A stretch of 64,000 bases of DNA, from assembly GCA_965223325.1 (NCBI GenBank), contig CBDCWI010000002.1, positions 1,632,001-1,696,000 on the forward strand. The letters are read 5' to 3'. Made by a program: the position numbers and the translations under genes. The DNA comes from Candidatus Multivoradales bacterium (GTDB taxonomy: Bacteria; Acidobacteriota; Thermoanaerobaculia; Multivoradales; Multivoraceae). The notes beneath the pieces are model-generated. The model was not told where the DNA came from, ran no database searches, and saw only the letters and a list, made by a program, of their open reading frames with translations. Each line of letters starts with the position of its first letter. Within the stretch, counting starts at the first letter, position 1. Below are positions 49,607-58,603 of this stretch, in pieces.

Positions 49607-51781
49607 CTACTTATTCCCCTTGCCGTTGCCATTCCAGTTTCCATCGTCGCCACTCTCGAAGCCATCTTCATAGATCTTGCCCTGGCGTGCACGACGGAAG
49701 AATGCCTTGCAGGAAGTGGCGCTGCTGATGGTGAAGCGCGGAGCACATTGGGCGTCACCACGCCATCGATCGAAGACGTAGCCGGCGTCTGGTACGGCCT
49801 CGAGCAGAACCTCATCGCCGCGCGCAAAACTACCGGAGCAGGTGCCGCCCGAGTCGCGGTGACAGTTGATCGCGCTCGGATGAGAAACGATCCGGCCCCT
49901 TCCGTTGCCTCCAAAGGTAATGCCCAGGCGAACGGTCGTCGTAGCGGTGTCGAATCGGGCGGTGCAACTGCGGGCAGCGCTCATTCTGACCTCGCCACCC
50001 TGGCACTCCGCATCGCCGCTCCAACCGACAAACAGAGAACCGGAGCTTGGACTGGGAGTCAGCACAACGTTCGTATCCTCGGCAAAGGCCGCCGAACAGG
50101 TCGAGCCGCAGGAGATTCCGGAAGGACTGCTCGTGACAGTGCCCGACCCGGAACCGGTACGAGAAACCGTCAGCACGTGAGTCGGTGAGCTCGTCAGCTG
50201 GAAGGTCGCGCGGCAGGTGCGGTCACCGTTCATGGTCACGCTGGGGCACGCCGAAGATCCACTCCAGCCTGCAAACTCGGAGCCACTGGCGGGGGTCGCC
50301 GTCAGAGTCACCGTCGCCCCTTCGTCATAGGACTGCGAACAGTCACTGCCACACTGGATCCCGGCGGGGTCAGACGTCACCGTACCGCTACCGCTGCCGA
50401 GCCGTTCGACCGTCAAGCTGTGCTGTTCGGGTGGTAGTGCGCCCGAAACGTCGAGTTCGAGCCGATAGAGCTGTGCTACCGCACCACCGCTACCGCGAAC
50501 GACCGCGAAGTAGGTACCACTACCCGAAAGCCCGACGTTCTCGAGAAGCTCGGCGGCACCGAGACCGCTCGCGTCGGTCGACTCGATCAGACTGCCATCG
50601 GTAGCGAGGATCTCGAGCTCGAGGTCGAGTTGGCGACGACTGTTGAGCGTCGTGCCGGCCGAACAGGACCCGCCCGACTGCTGCGGGCCGCTCAGGTAGG
50701 AGCTACCGACCGGAGTGACCCTAGCCGTTACCGAGGCACTCGAACCGACGCTGAACGAGAAAAAGTCGACATCGCTGGTGTCGTCGAGACTGACGTTGTC
50801 GATGGTTGCCGATCCGTTCGAGAGTGATGCGGGCCTTGCAGTGCCCAGCGCGTCGTCGTCTTCCCGGTCGTCGCCGTAACCTCGGTTGACGGCCAGGATG
50901 TCGTCGTGCTGCGGTCCGTCGAAGGCCGTTGACAGGAACGGTTCCATCAACTTGGTCTGGTTGACCGGGCAGACGTGCGAGATGCCGAGACCGTGGCCAT
51001 GTTCGTGTGCCAGCACGTTCCGGAGGATGCGCGAATCGTTGGCGGTGTTGGCGAGGGTGCCATCGGCAGTATCGAGCACCATGTCGCCGAAGTTGGGAAA
51101 GAAGTTGTACGCCAGGACTCCACTGTTGCCGTCGATTGTGTGCCCTGAGATTCGAACGTCGCCGCGCACACCGAGAACTCCGGCCGGCATGCTGGCCTGG
51201 GTCAAGCTCGCCCCGTCGTCTGCCGGCTCGAAAACGTAGGTCACGCCCGAGAGTTCACCCCAGCGATCGAAGACACTCTGAATGATCGAACGCCACGTGC
51301 TCTCACTTCCGTAGACCGAGTTCAGAAACGAGCGCAGGTTGCTCGGCGACGAAGGTTCGCCGTTCCAGCCCTGGATGGGCGTGCCGTCTGGCACCACGCT
51401 CCAGGTCAGCGTCGTCGGTTCGCCCTCCTCGAGACAGCATCCATCCGTTGCAGTGCGCGTCCACCGTTCACCATCGTCGTACTGATGGCGCGTTGTGGGA
51501 GTCGATTGCAGCGAACTGAGCGTCGTCCACAACTGTCTCGTCGCGTACGACTCCACCACGTGGTCCGGCGTACCGGGCGCAAAGCAGGTCGCGGGCACCA
51601 GCAAGCGACGGGTCATCGCGTCCGCGTCTGGCGCAGGTTGAAGCGCAGTCGTCTCCGTGGCTGCGGAGGCCAGGAGTGGACTCGTGAGCGGGACTGGAAG
51701 GATTAGAACGAGGAACAAAAGAGGTTTGGGAAGAAAGCAAACATTCGACAGCAGACATCGCAGCGCTGAGCGACAACCCAT
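49607..51781 (-). CDS. secreted matrixin-like (M10) metalloprotease with PPC domain and three InlB-B-like repeats
   Basis: HEHGHGLGISH and LMEP; repeats GSGSGTVTS.P.GI.CG..CS..V.LT..P..GS.F.GWSG; paralog of 33332-34606; start uncertain. Confidence 0.87.
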   Translation of the reverse strand: MGCRSALRCLLSNVCFLPKPLLFLVLILPVPLTSPLLASAATETTALQPAPDADAMTRRLLVPATCFAPGTPDHVVESYATRQLWTTLSSLQSTPTTRHQYDDGERWTRTATDGCCLEEGEPTTLTWSVVPDGTPIQGWNGEPSSPSNLRSFLNSVYGSESTWRSIIQSVFDRWGELSGVTYVFEPADDGASLTQASMPAGVLGVRGDVRISGHTIDGNSGVLAYNFFPNFGDMVLDTADGTLANTANDSRILRNVLAHEHGHGLGISHVCPVNQTKLMEPFLSTAFDGPQHDDILAVNRGYGDDREDDDALGTARPASLSNGSATIDNVSLDDTSDVDFFSFSVGSSASVTARVTPVGSSYLSGPQQSGGSCSAGTTLNSRRQLDLELEILATDGSLIESTDASGLGAAELLENVGLSGSGTYFAVVRGSGGAVAQLYRLELDVSGALPPEQHSLTVERLGSGSGTVTSDPAGIQCGSDCSQSYDEGATVTLTATPASGSEFAGWSGSSACPSVTMNGDRTCRATFQLTSSPTHVLTVSRTGSGSGTVTSSPSGISCGSTCSAAFAEDTNVVLTPSPSSGSLFVGWSGDAECQGGEVRMSAARSCTARFDTATTTVRLGITFGGNGRGRIVSHPSAINCHRDSGGTCSGSFARGDEVLLEAVPDAGYVFDRWRGDAQCAPRFTISSATSCKAFFRRARQGKIYEDGFESGDDGNWNGNGKGNK

Positions 51782-52097
51782 TAGGACTCTCCAAAGGAAG
51801 GAAAAAGGACTGGGGGAAACCCCAGAACGAGAGGGCCATGGAAAACAGATGGGCGCAGAAGTGCGGGGGCAGAAGAGCCACCAAAGGAGGGAATGCCAGC
51901 ATTGTACACATAAGTCGCTATATGTGCACATGGGATCACCCTCCTACCTATCTATGGTTGTGTGGCGATTCCCCCAACAGGCCAGACGCACCCCTGGCCG
52001 CCGCCAACCTCGTCCGGACTTGTCTGATGTCACACACCCACAAGGACTTGCAGCCCCTGTGCGCCTCCCCGATACAGCACCCCCGTTGTCACCTCCC

Positions 52098-52163
52098 AGG
52101 CGTTCCCCGGGCATTCCCCGGGCATTCCCCGGGCATTCCCCGGGCATTTCCCGGGCGTTTCCC
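52098..52163. repeat. 6 x 11-bp tandem repeat (GGGCATTCCCC)
   Basis: aggcgttcccc|gggcattcccc x3|gggcatttccc|gggcgtttccc. Confidence 0.92.
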
Positions 52164-52274
52164 GGGCGATCGACTGGGGTGATTCTGGGAAACGTCGGAA
52201 GGGTTCGGTAGCTGGGGGGGGGTGCGGGGGGCGGCGCTAGACTGGCGCACCCGCTCTGTTTCCAGGAGGTTCCG

Positions 52275-53666
52275 ATGATGACTTCGTTGGCTAGTCGTAC
52301 CCACCGTTCGACGCCGCCCTGTGTCGCCGTAGCGACGCTGTTTCTCGTGATCGCCTCCTGGCTCGGAGCGACTGGTCTCGCGGCCGACGACTGGCCTTCG
52401 TGGCGTGGCGACGGCGATGCGATCTGGAGCGAGGCCGGGCTCATGCAGGAGTTTCCCGCCAACGGTCTCGAGGTGCGTTGGCGCACGCCGATCAAGGAGG
52501 GCTACGCAGGCCCGGCGGTTTCTGATGGGCGGGTGTTCGTATCCGACTTCGAGCGCATCAAGCAGACCGGCCGTCTCGGCGGCCGGGAGCGTGCCCTGGC
52601 GCTCGACGAGGAGACTGGCGAAGTGCTCTGGACGCACAGCTGGAACGTCAACTACTCATCGATCATGGCGTCGTATGCCGAGGGACCCCGCGCGGTGCCA
52701 ACGGTCGACGGCAACCACGTCTACTTTCTCGGTGCCGCCGGGCACTTGATCTGCCTCGACGTGCGTTCTGGCGAGGTGTTGTGGATGAAGCACTACCCCA
52801 CCGCCTATGACGTCAGCGTGCCGGTCTTCGGCTTCTCGAGCACACCGATTGTGCGCGGTGATTCGTTGATCGCCATCGTCGGCGGGGCACCCGACGCCCT
52901 GGTCGTCGCCTTCGACAAGCGGACCGGCAAAGAACTCTGGCGGTCGCTCAAAGCGAGTTCGGAGCCTGGCTACTCGCAGCCGACCATCGTCCGGGCCAAC
53001 GGCCGTGACCAGCTGATCATCTGGCACCCGCAGGGGCTCGCCGGCCTCGATCCCGACGACGGCACGGTGCTCTGGAGCTTTGCCTATGAGGCCAAGTCCA
53101 CCTTATCGGTGGCAACGCCCGTGGTCGCCGACGACCGCGTCTTCGTCACTCAGTTCTACGGTGGTTCGCTGATGCTCGAGCTCATCGAAGACGAGAGGGG
53201 GATCTCTGCTCAGGAGGTCTGGAAGCTCTCTGGCCGCAGCGAAATGCCTGATGAAACGGTCGCCCTACACTCACTCATCACGACGCCGATCTTCGACGGC
53301 GAAACGATCTGGGGCATCGACAGCTACGGCGAGCTGCGGGCGCTCGACGCAGCGACTGGCGAACGCCTGTGGACCGACACCACGATGGTGCGCCAGGGCC
53401 GCTGGGGTTCGGCGTTCATGGTGGCGATTGGCGACCGCTGGTTGGTCGCCAACGACCAGGGCGAGCTGATCATCTGCCGCCTCGACCGTGAGGCGTACCA
53501 GGAACTCTCGCGCACGACCCTCATCGAGCCGACGACCAGCGCGGGGTACGGGCCACGCAAGCTGTTCGACACGAAAGTCAGCTGGGCCCACCCTGCCTTT
53601 GCCAATCAGCACGTTCTGATCCGCAACGATCGCGAGATCCTGTCGGCCTCACTGAGAGCGCCATAG
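52275..53666 (+). CDS. PQQ-binding-like beta-propeller repeat protein
   Basis: Signal peptide, DWPSWRG, repeated ALD..TG..LW units and WAHPAFAN..LIRND. Confidence 0.9.
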   Translation: MMTSLASRTHRSTPPCVAVATLFLVIASWLGATGLAADDWPSWRGDGDAIWSEAGLMQEFPANGLEVRWRTPIKEGYAGPAVSDGRVFVSDFERIKQTGRLGGRERALALDEETGEVLWTHSWNVNYSSIMASYAEGPRAVPTVDGNHVYFLGAAGHLICLDVRSGEVLWMKHYPTAYDVSVPVFGFSSTPIVRGDSLIAIVGGAPDALVVAFDKRTGKELWRSLKASSEPGYSQPTIVRANGRDQLIIWHPQGLAGLDPDDGTVLWSFAYEAKSTLSVATPVVADDRVFVTQFYGGSLMLELIEDERGISAQEVWKLSGRSEMPDETVALHSLITTPIFDGETIWGIDSYGELRALDAATGERLWTDTTMVRQGRWGSAFMVAIGDRWLVANDQGELIICRLDREAYQELSRTTLIEPTTSAGYGPRKLFDTKVSWAHPAFANQHVLIRNDREILSASLRAP

Positions 53667-53675
53667 GCCATCGCC

Positions 53676-54431
53676 CTACGCGAGATCGCCGTACAGCTCC
53701 TGCGTGTTTCGAACCACCTGCTCACGGACCGCCTCGACGGCGAGCTCTTTGAGTTCGGCAATCGCCTCGAGTGAACGCAGCGCGTTCGCCGGTTCGTTGC
53801 GCTCGTCGCGCTCGGGACCGAGGACCGGGCTGTCGGTTTCGACCAGCAGGCACTCGAGGGGCAGCCGCCTCACGAGCTTCTGTTTCTGGACTGAGCGCAC
53901 AATCGACGGCGGGACGGAGAAGAAGAAGCCGGCCTCGACACCCGGAAGTGCCTTCGCGGCCCGTCCATCGAAGGCGTGCATCTGAACCCTCGTCGCGCCG
54001 CGCTCGAGCAACACATCGATGGCCTGGCGCCCCGCCGAACGCGAGTGCACATTGACCGGCAGATCGAGTTCGATGGCGAGGTCGATCATGCGCGAGAAGA
54101 TCTCCTTCTGCAGCTCGAGATCTGTTTCCTCTTTCACCTTCCACCGATCGAGGCCGACCTCGCCAACCGCCACCAACCGGTGGTGTTCGCGCCGGATGAA
54201 GTCCAGGACGCCTTCGGCCTCTTCGAGATCGAGCACCGTCGGGTAGAGCCCTGCTGCGACGCGCAGTTCGGGATGCACCGCTGCCAGCGCGAGATTGCGC
54301 TCGGCGTCGGCGAGCGACTCACCGACCACAACGACTCTGCCCACTCCTGCCTTGCGGGCCCGCGCCAGCACCTCGGCGCGATCCTGATCGAACACCGGGT
54401 CACAGAGATGCGCGTGGGTATCGGTCAGCAT
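53676..54431 (-). CDS. tatD: TatD family DNase
   Basis: DTHAHL, AVGEVGLD, PVNVHSR, MHAF and LLVETDSP. Confidence 0.93.
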   Translation of the reverse strand: MLTDTHAHLCDPVFDQDRAEVLARARKAGVGRVVVVGESLADAERNLALAAVHPELRVAAGLYPTVLDLEEAEGVLDFIRREHHRLVAVGEVGLDRWKVKEETDLELQKEIFSRMIDLAIELDLPVNVHSRSAGRQAIDVLLERGATRVQMHAFDGRAAKALPGVEAGFFFSVPPSIVRSVQKQKLVRRLPLECLLVETDSPVLGPERDERNEPANALRSLEAIAELKELAVEAVREQVVRNTQELYGDLA

Positions 54432-54465
54432 GACTGGAAGTTCATATTGACGGTGCCCCGTAGCC

Positions 54466-55371
54466 TTACGCTCGCTGCGACAAGCGCTCCTCGAGCTCCG
54501 CGACGGTCTTCGGCCAGTCCTTCTTGAGCAACTGCGAGAGCGCCCGATCGGCCAACAGCTTGCCGCCGGTCTGACAGTCGGGACAGTAGTTGCACTCGTT
54601 CTCGGCATACACGATGCGCTGAATCGGAGTACCACACTGCGGGCACGGCTCCTTCCACTTGCCATGGGCCGCCATCTCCGGCCGGAAGGCGGTCACCTTC
54701 TTGGGAAACCCCTCGCCAACCTCGGCGCGCAGAATCTCCGTCCACTCTTCGAGCACGGCTTTCGCCACCTCGAACAGCCGGTCGACCGCCCCGTCGTCGA
54801 GCCGCGACGTCCACTGGAACGGCGACAGACGCGCCCGCAACAAGATCTCATCGGAGTACGCGTTGCCGACGCCACTGAACAGTGTTGGATCCACGAGCGC
54901 ACGCTTGAGGGTGTGATTGCGCAGTCGTAGACGCTCACGAAACTCTTCCCTGGACGCTTCGAAGAGCTCGAGCCCGCCACGATCAACTGTCGCCAGCGCA
55001 TCCTCGCCGTCGAAGACATGCAGCGACGCCCGCTTCCTGGTGCCCGCCTCGGTCAGCAGCAAGGTGCCGGTCTCGAAGTCGAACGCCGCCAGGCCGCGAC
55101 GCCCCGGAATACCGGCGCCTGCGTCTTTCCACTGAAATCGCCCGGCGACCATCAGGTGAACGGCCAGGAACAGCCCGCCCTCGAGCTCGAAGACGATGCG
55201 CTTGCCCGAGCGCCGCAATGCGACGACCTTCCTGCCCGCCGCGTCGGCGAGCGGGGGCGTCACCGTGCGCAGCAAGAAGGGACTTCTGATGCGAACACCC
55301 AGGAGCACAGCACCGAGAACGCGGCGCTCCAGCGCTTCCAGGTACACCACGATGTCCGGATATTCGGGCAT
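54466..55371 (-). CDS. Fpg/Nei family DNA glycosylase/AP lyase
   Basis: N-terminal PE, GKRI, HLMVAG, H2TH motif SGVGNAYSDEIL and C4 zinc finger CPQC..CPDCQ. Confidence 0.93.
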   Translation of the reverse strand: MPEYPDIVVYLEALERRVLGAVLLGVRIRSPFLLRTVTPPLADAAGRKVVALRRSGKRIVFELEGGLFLAVHLMVAGRFQWKDAGAGIPGRRGLAAFDFETGTLLLTEAGTRKRASLHVFDGEDALATVDRGGLELFEASREEFRERLRLRNHTLKRALVDPTLFSGVGNAYSDEILLRARLSPFQWTSRLDDGAVDRLFEVAKAVLEEWTEILRAEVGEGFPKKVTAFRPEMAAHGKWKEPCPQCGTPIQRIVYAENECNYCPDCQTGGKLLADRALSQLLKKDWPKTVAELEERLSQRA

Positions 55372-55684
55372 GGCGACCTAGCGTAGCGTGTCCACGCCTG
55401 GGTGCCCGTCGACGACGATGTGACAAACACACCCCGAGTCGGTCATAGACTCCGACGGCAACATCAGCTGAACGCCAGGCGATCGCGCACCGCGGTGCGA
55501 CGCGGTCGCAGGGCATGGGGAGGGAAGTCACGGTTGGAGTCCCGCCCGCGCCCGGTCTACCGCCCGACGATGTCCGAAAACCATCGATGGCGGGAGGCGA
55601 AGGGGGAGCTGTTGCCGCTGCTTTACCCTCAAACAAAAACAAACCCTCAAACAAGACCGACCACCTCTGACCATAGGAGAGACG

Positions 55685-56587
55685 ATGCTCTTTCAAACTG
55701 ACGAAGCTGCCGAACCCGCGCTCGCCATTCAACCGACTGTCGAGGCGCCGCCGATCCTGGAAGCAACCCTGCGCTCCGTGTTGCCCGAGAACCTCGAGGG
55801 CTCGGCCGCCACGATTGCCAGCGCCCTCACCGGCCTGTTCTATGCCTTGGGCATTTTCATCATCGGTTGGATCGTCGCCAAGTGGTTCGCCGGTATGGTC
55901 CGCCGCATGCTCGTCGCCCGGGGTGTCGACGTCTCGCTCGCCGGCTTCTTGTCATCGCTCACACAGTGGCTGATCATCGCGGCCACCGCGGTCAGCGCGC
56001 TGTCGAAGGTCGGGGTCGAAACCACCAGCCTGATCGCCCTGCTCGGTGCCGGCGGCCTGGCGATCGGGCTCGCCCTGCAGGGGTCCCTCGGAAACTTCGC
56101 CGCCGGGGTCATGGCGCTCCTCTTCCGGCCGTTCACCGTCGGCCAGAAGATCACCGCCGCCGGCCACACCGGCGTGGTGGAAGACCTGGGACTCTTCGCG
56201 ACCACCATGTCGACGCCGGATGGCGACACGATCATCATCCCCAACAGCGAGGTCATGGGCTCGAGCATCGTCAACCACGCCAAGAACGGCAAGTACCGGT
56301 GCAACGTCGACATCGGCGTCGCATATGGCACCGACTACCGTCAGGCGGAGCGGGTCGTCCTCGAGGCGATGAAGCACGTCAGCCTGGCGCTCGAGAACCC
56401 CGCCCCCAGTGTCGCTTTCGGCGGCTTCGGCGCCTCGTCGGTCGACCTGATCGCCCGTCCCTGGTGCCTGCCCGACGACGTTCCTGCCTGCGTCCACGAA
56501 ACGCGGGTGGCGATCTACAAGGCGCTCGATGAGGCCGGCATCGACATTCCCTTCGACCAGGTCGTCATGCATCAGGCCGCGTCGTAG
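55685..56587 (+). CDS. mscS: small-conductance mechanosensitive channel
   Basis: LGAGGLAIGLALQGSLGNFAAG..RPF, IIIPN, IGVAY and AGIDIPF; AGGAG RBS. Confidence 0.93.
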   Translation: MLFQTDEAAEPALAIQPTVEAPPILEATLRSVLPENLEGSAATIASALTGLFYALGIFIIGWIVAKWFAGMVRRMLVARGVDVSLAGFLSSLTQWLIIAATAVSALSKVGVETTSLIALLGAGGLAIGLALQGSLGNFAAGVMALLFRPFTVGQKITAAGHTGVVEDLGLFATTMSTPDGDTIIIPNSEVMGSSIVNHAKNGKYRCNVDIGVAYGTDYRQAERVVLEAMKHVSLALENPAPSVAFGGFGASSVDLIARPWCLPDDVPACVHETRVAIYKALDEAGIDIPFDQVVMHQAAS

Positions 56588-56610
56588 TCAAAGCCCCGAA
56601 GCCTGGTACC

Positions 56611-56640
56611 AGCGGCCCGTCACTAGACGGGCCGCTTCGC
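56611..56640 (+). terminator. GC-rich hairpin after mscS
   Basis: AGCGGCCCGTC-ACTA-GACGGGCCGCT (11-bp stem); weak U-tract. Confidence 0.5.
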
Positions 56641-56759
56641 GTACCGGTTCTGCTCTCGCCCACCGGCACCGGTTCCCCCTCGTCGACTCGGAATCTCCAG
56701 TTGCCGCCCGAGCACGCTACTCTTTCGGGGTGTCTTTCCTGCTCGCAGCGAAGCGGTAG

Positions 56760-57356
56760 ATGACCGGCTACGCCGACGCCAACCACCGCCTGGCCACCTG
56801 GCTCTGTGCAACCGCCGGAGCGAGCGTTGGGCTGGTGGCCGTTGGGACCTGGGCGTTTGCCGAGGCGACCTTCTGGTTCATCGCGCCTGATTTCCTGATC
56901 ATCATCCTGTGCGTGTTCGCGCCCGAATCGTGGAAACGCATCGCGTTCTTTGCCCTCCTGGGCTCGCTGGCCGGAGGCATTCTGAGCTTCATGCTCAATG
57001 GCCTCTTCTTCGACCGGATGGGCGAGATCCTTCGTGCGACTCCGTTCGTCGAGGAGCGCATGCTCACCGAAATCGACGACCTCTACAGGAGCCGCGGCCT
57101 GCAGGGCGTGTTGTTCCAGTCCTTTTCCTTCATGCAGTTCAAGATCTGGACTCACCTCGCCGTCGCGCACGGCTTCCAGCCCATCGTCTACTTCGGCCTG
57201 GTGGGAATCTCGCGAGGGATCCGCTTCCTGATCGTCGCGTTCGCCGCCCAGCTTGCCGGCCGGCTCGCGCCACGCTTCTTCGCCCGCCACGCCGCGTTGT
57301 TTCTGGTGCTCTACACGACGGCGTTCCTGGCCATGCTGCTGGCGGTCGAGACATGA
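56760..57356 (+). CDS. YqaA/DedA-like membrane protein
   Basis: WAFAEATFWFIAPD, GSLAGG, FMQFKIW and ISRGIRF; ATGA overlap with the next gene. Confidence 0.75.
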   Translation: MTGYADANHRLATWLCATAGASVGLVAVGTWAFAEATFWFIAPDFLIIILCVFAPESWKRIAFFALLGSLAGGILSFMLNGLFFDRMGEILRATPFVEERMLTEIDDLYRSRGLQGVLFQSFSFMQFKIWTHLAVAHGFQPIVYFGLVGISRGIRFLIVAFAAQLAGRLAPRFFARHAALFLVLYTTAFLAMLLAVET

Positions 57357-58561
57357 GCTCACCCTGTAGCGGCTGTTCGAGAGGATGCACCGACCAAGAA
57401 GCTGGGTTTGAGATCTCGGAGCGTTTCGAGCGCTTCAACCAGAGGAACGACATCTTCAGCCGTTCGTTCTGGGATCCGGAAATCCGCAGCGAGAAGTCAG
57501 ACCGCTTCTACGAGTCTTACCGGAGACCCCTCGCCGAATGGAAGAAGGTCGACGGCTACCAACAGCGCGATTTCGCCTTGCGCAACGCTGGCTGGCACCT
57601 GGCGGACCTTTTCGCAGAGCGGCTCGAAGAGTCCGATGAAGGAATAGAAAGAGAGACACGGCGCGAGGGTTTTCTCGACTTCCTGACCGCCAACCGCGAC
57701 GGTGCCAGGGATCAGGCGGCGCTCGCACCCCGCGAGATGGCAGCCGAGATCAAACAGGTAGCGCGCCTTCTTGGTGCCGACCTGGTCGGCATTACCGATC
57801 ACGACGAGCGCTTCACCTACAGCCACAAATACTCGCGTGATGGAGAAGAAGCAGTACCCATGGATCTTCCCGAGGGCCTGCACTCGACGATCGTGATCTG
57901 TCATGAAATGGACCACCAGCTGCTGCGCACCGTCCCCTCGGCGCTGTCGGGCACCGCAACTGGAATCGGATATTCCAAAGACGTGGTCACCCTCCTCGCT
58001 CTCGCGCAGTACATCCGCAATCTCGGCTACCGCGCCTACGCCTCGATGAACGACACCGCCGCCTCGATCCCGCTAGCGATCAAAGCCGGCCTCGGCGAGT
58101 ACGGCCGCCACGGGCTGTTGATCGCCCCCGGAATGGGTCCGAGACTACGCATTGGCAAGGTCTTTACCGACCTGCCAATGTCCTACGACCAACCCATTCG
58201 CTTTGGCGTGCGCGAGTTCTGCCAGATCTGCCGCCGCTGCAGCGACAACTGCCCACCGCAAGCGATCGACGCCGGAGCCCCGCAGGAGACCACACACAAC
58301 CGCTCGAACGTGGCCGGAATCCGGAAGTGGACTACTGACGCCGAGAGGTGCTTCGGTTTCTGGGTCACCCAGGTCACCGACTGCTCCATCTGCATTCGCG
58401 TCTGCCCCTACAACCGCTCCTACCCGCAATGGCTCGAGCGTTTGCGCTTTCGCTTGATGGGTTCATCGCTGCGGCGCCTGATGCTCTGGATCGACGATCG
58501 ACTGGGTGGCGGCACGCGCCGCGCACCAAGCTCTTGGTGGCCGGGGCGGGCAGCACCGTAG
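57353..58561 (+). CDS. reductive dehalogenase-like cobalamin/2x[4Fe-4S] protein without Tat signal
   Basis: IKQVARLLGADLVGI, IRNLGYRA, PLAIKAGLGEYGRHGLLI, CQICRRCSDNCP and C-x9-CSICIRVCP. Confidence 0.85.
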   Translation: MSSPCSGCSRGCTDQEAGFEISERFERFNQRNDIFSRSFWDPEIRSEKSDRFYESYRRPLAEWKKVDGYQQRDFALRNAGWHLADLFAERLEESDEGIERETRREGFLDFLTANRDGARDQAALAPREMAAEIKQVARLLGADLVGITDHDERFTYSHKYSRDGEEAVPMDLPEGLHSTIVICHEMDHQLLRTVPSALSGTATGIGYSKDVVTLLALAQYIRNLGYRAYASMNDTAASIPLAIKAGLGEYGRHGLLIAPGMGPRLRIGKVFTDLPMSYDQPIRFGVREFCQICRRCSDNCPPQAIDAGAPQETTHNRSNVAGIRKWTTDAERCFGFWVTQVTDCSICIRVCPYNRSYPQWLERLRFRLMGSSLRRLMLWIDDRLGGGTRRAPSSWWPGRAAP

Positions 58562-58603
58562 GGGGCCCTTGCGAGATCGAGCGCTGGGCGTAAACTAGAC
58601 GGA

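Noticed and set aside
55515-55620. Cobalamin-riboswitch-like GGGAAG..CGGT..TCCCG upstream of mscS and the dehalogenase-like gene
   Set aside because: Lacks GCCACTG and the B12 box; similarity is too short.
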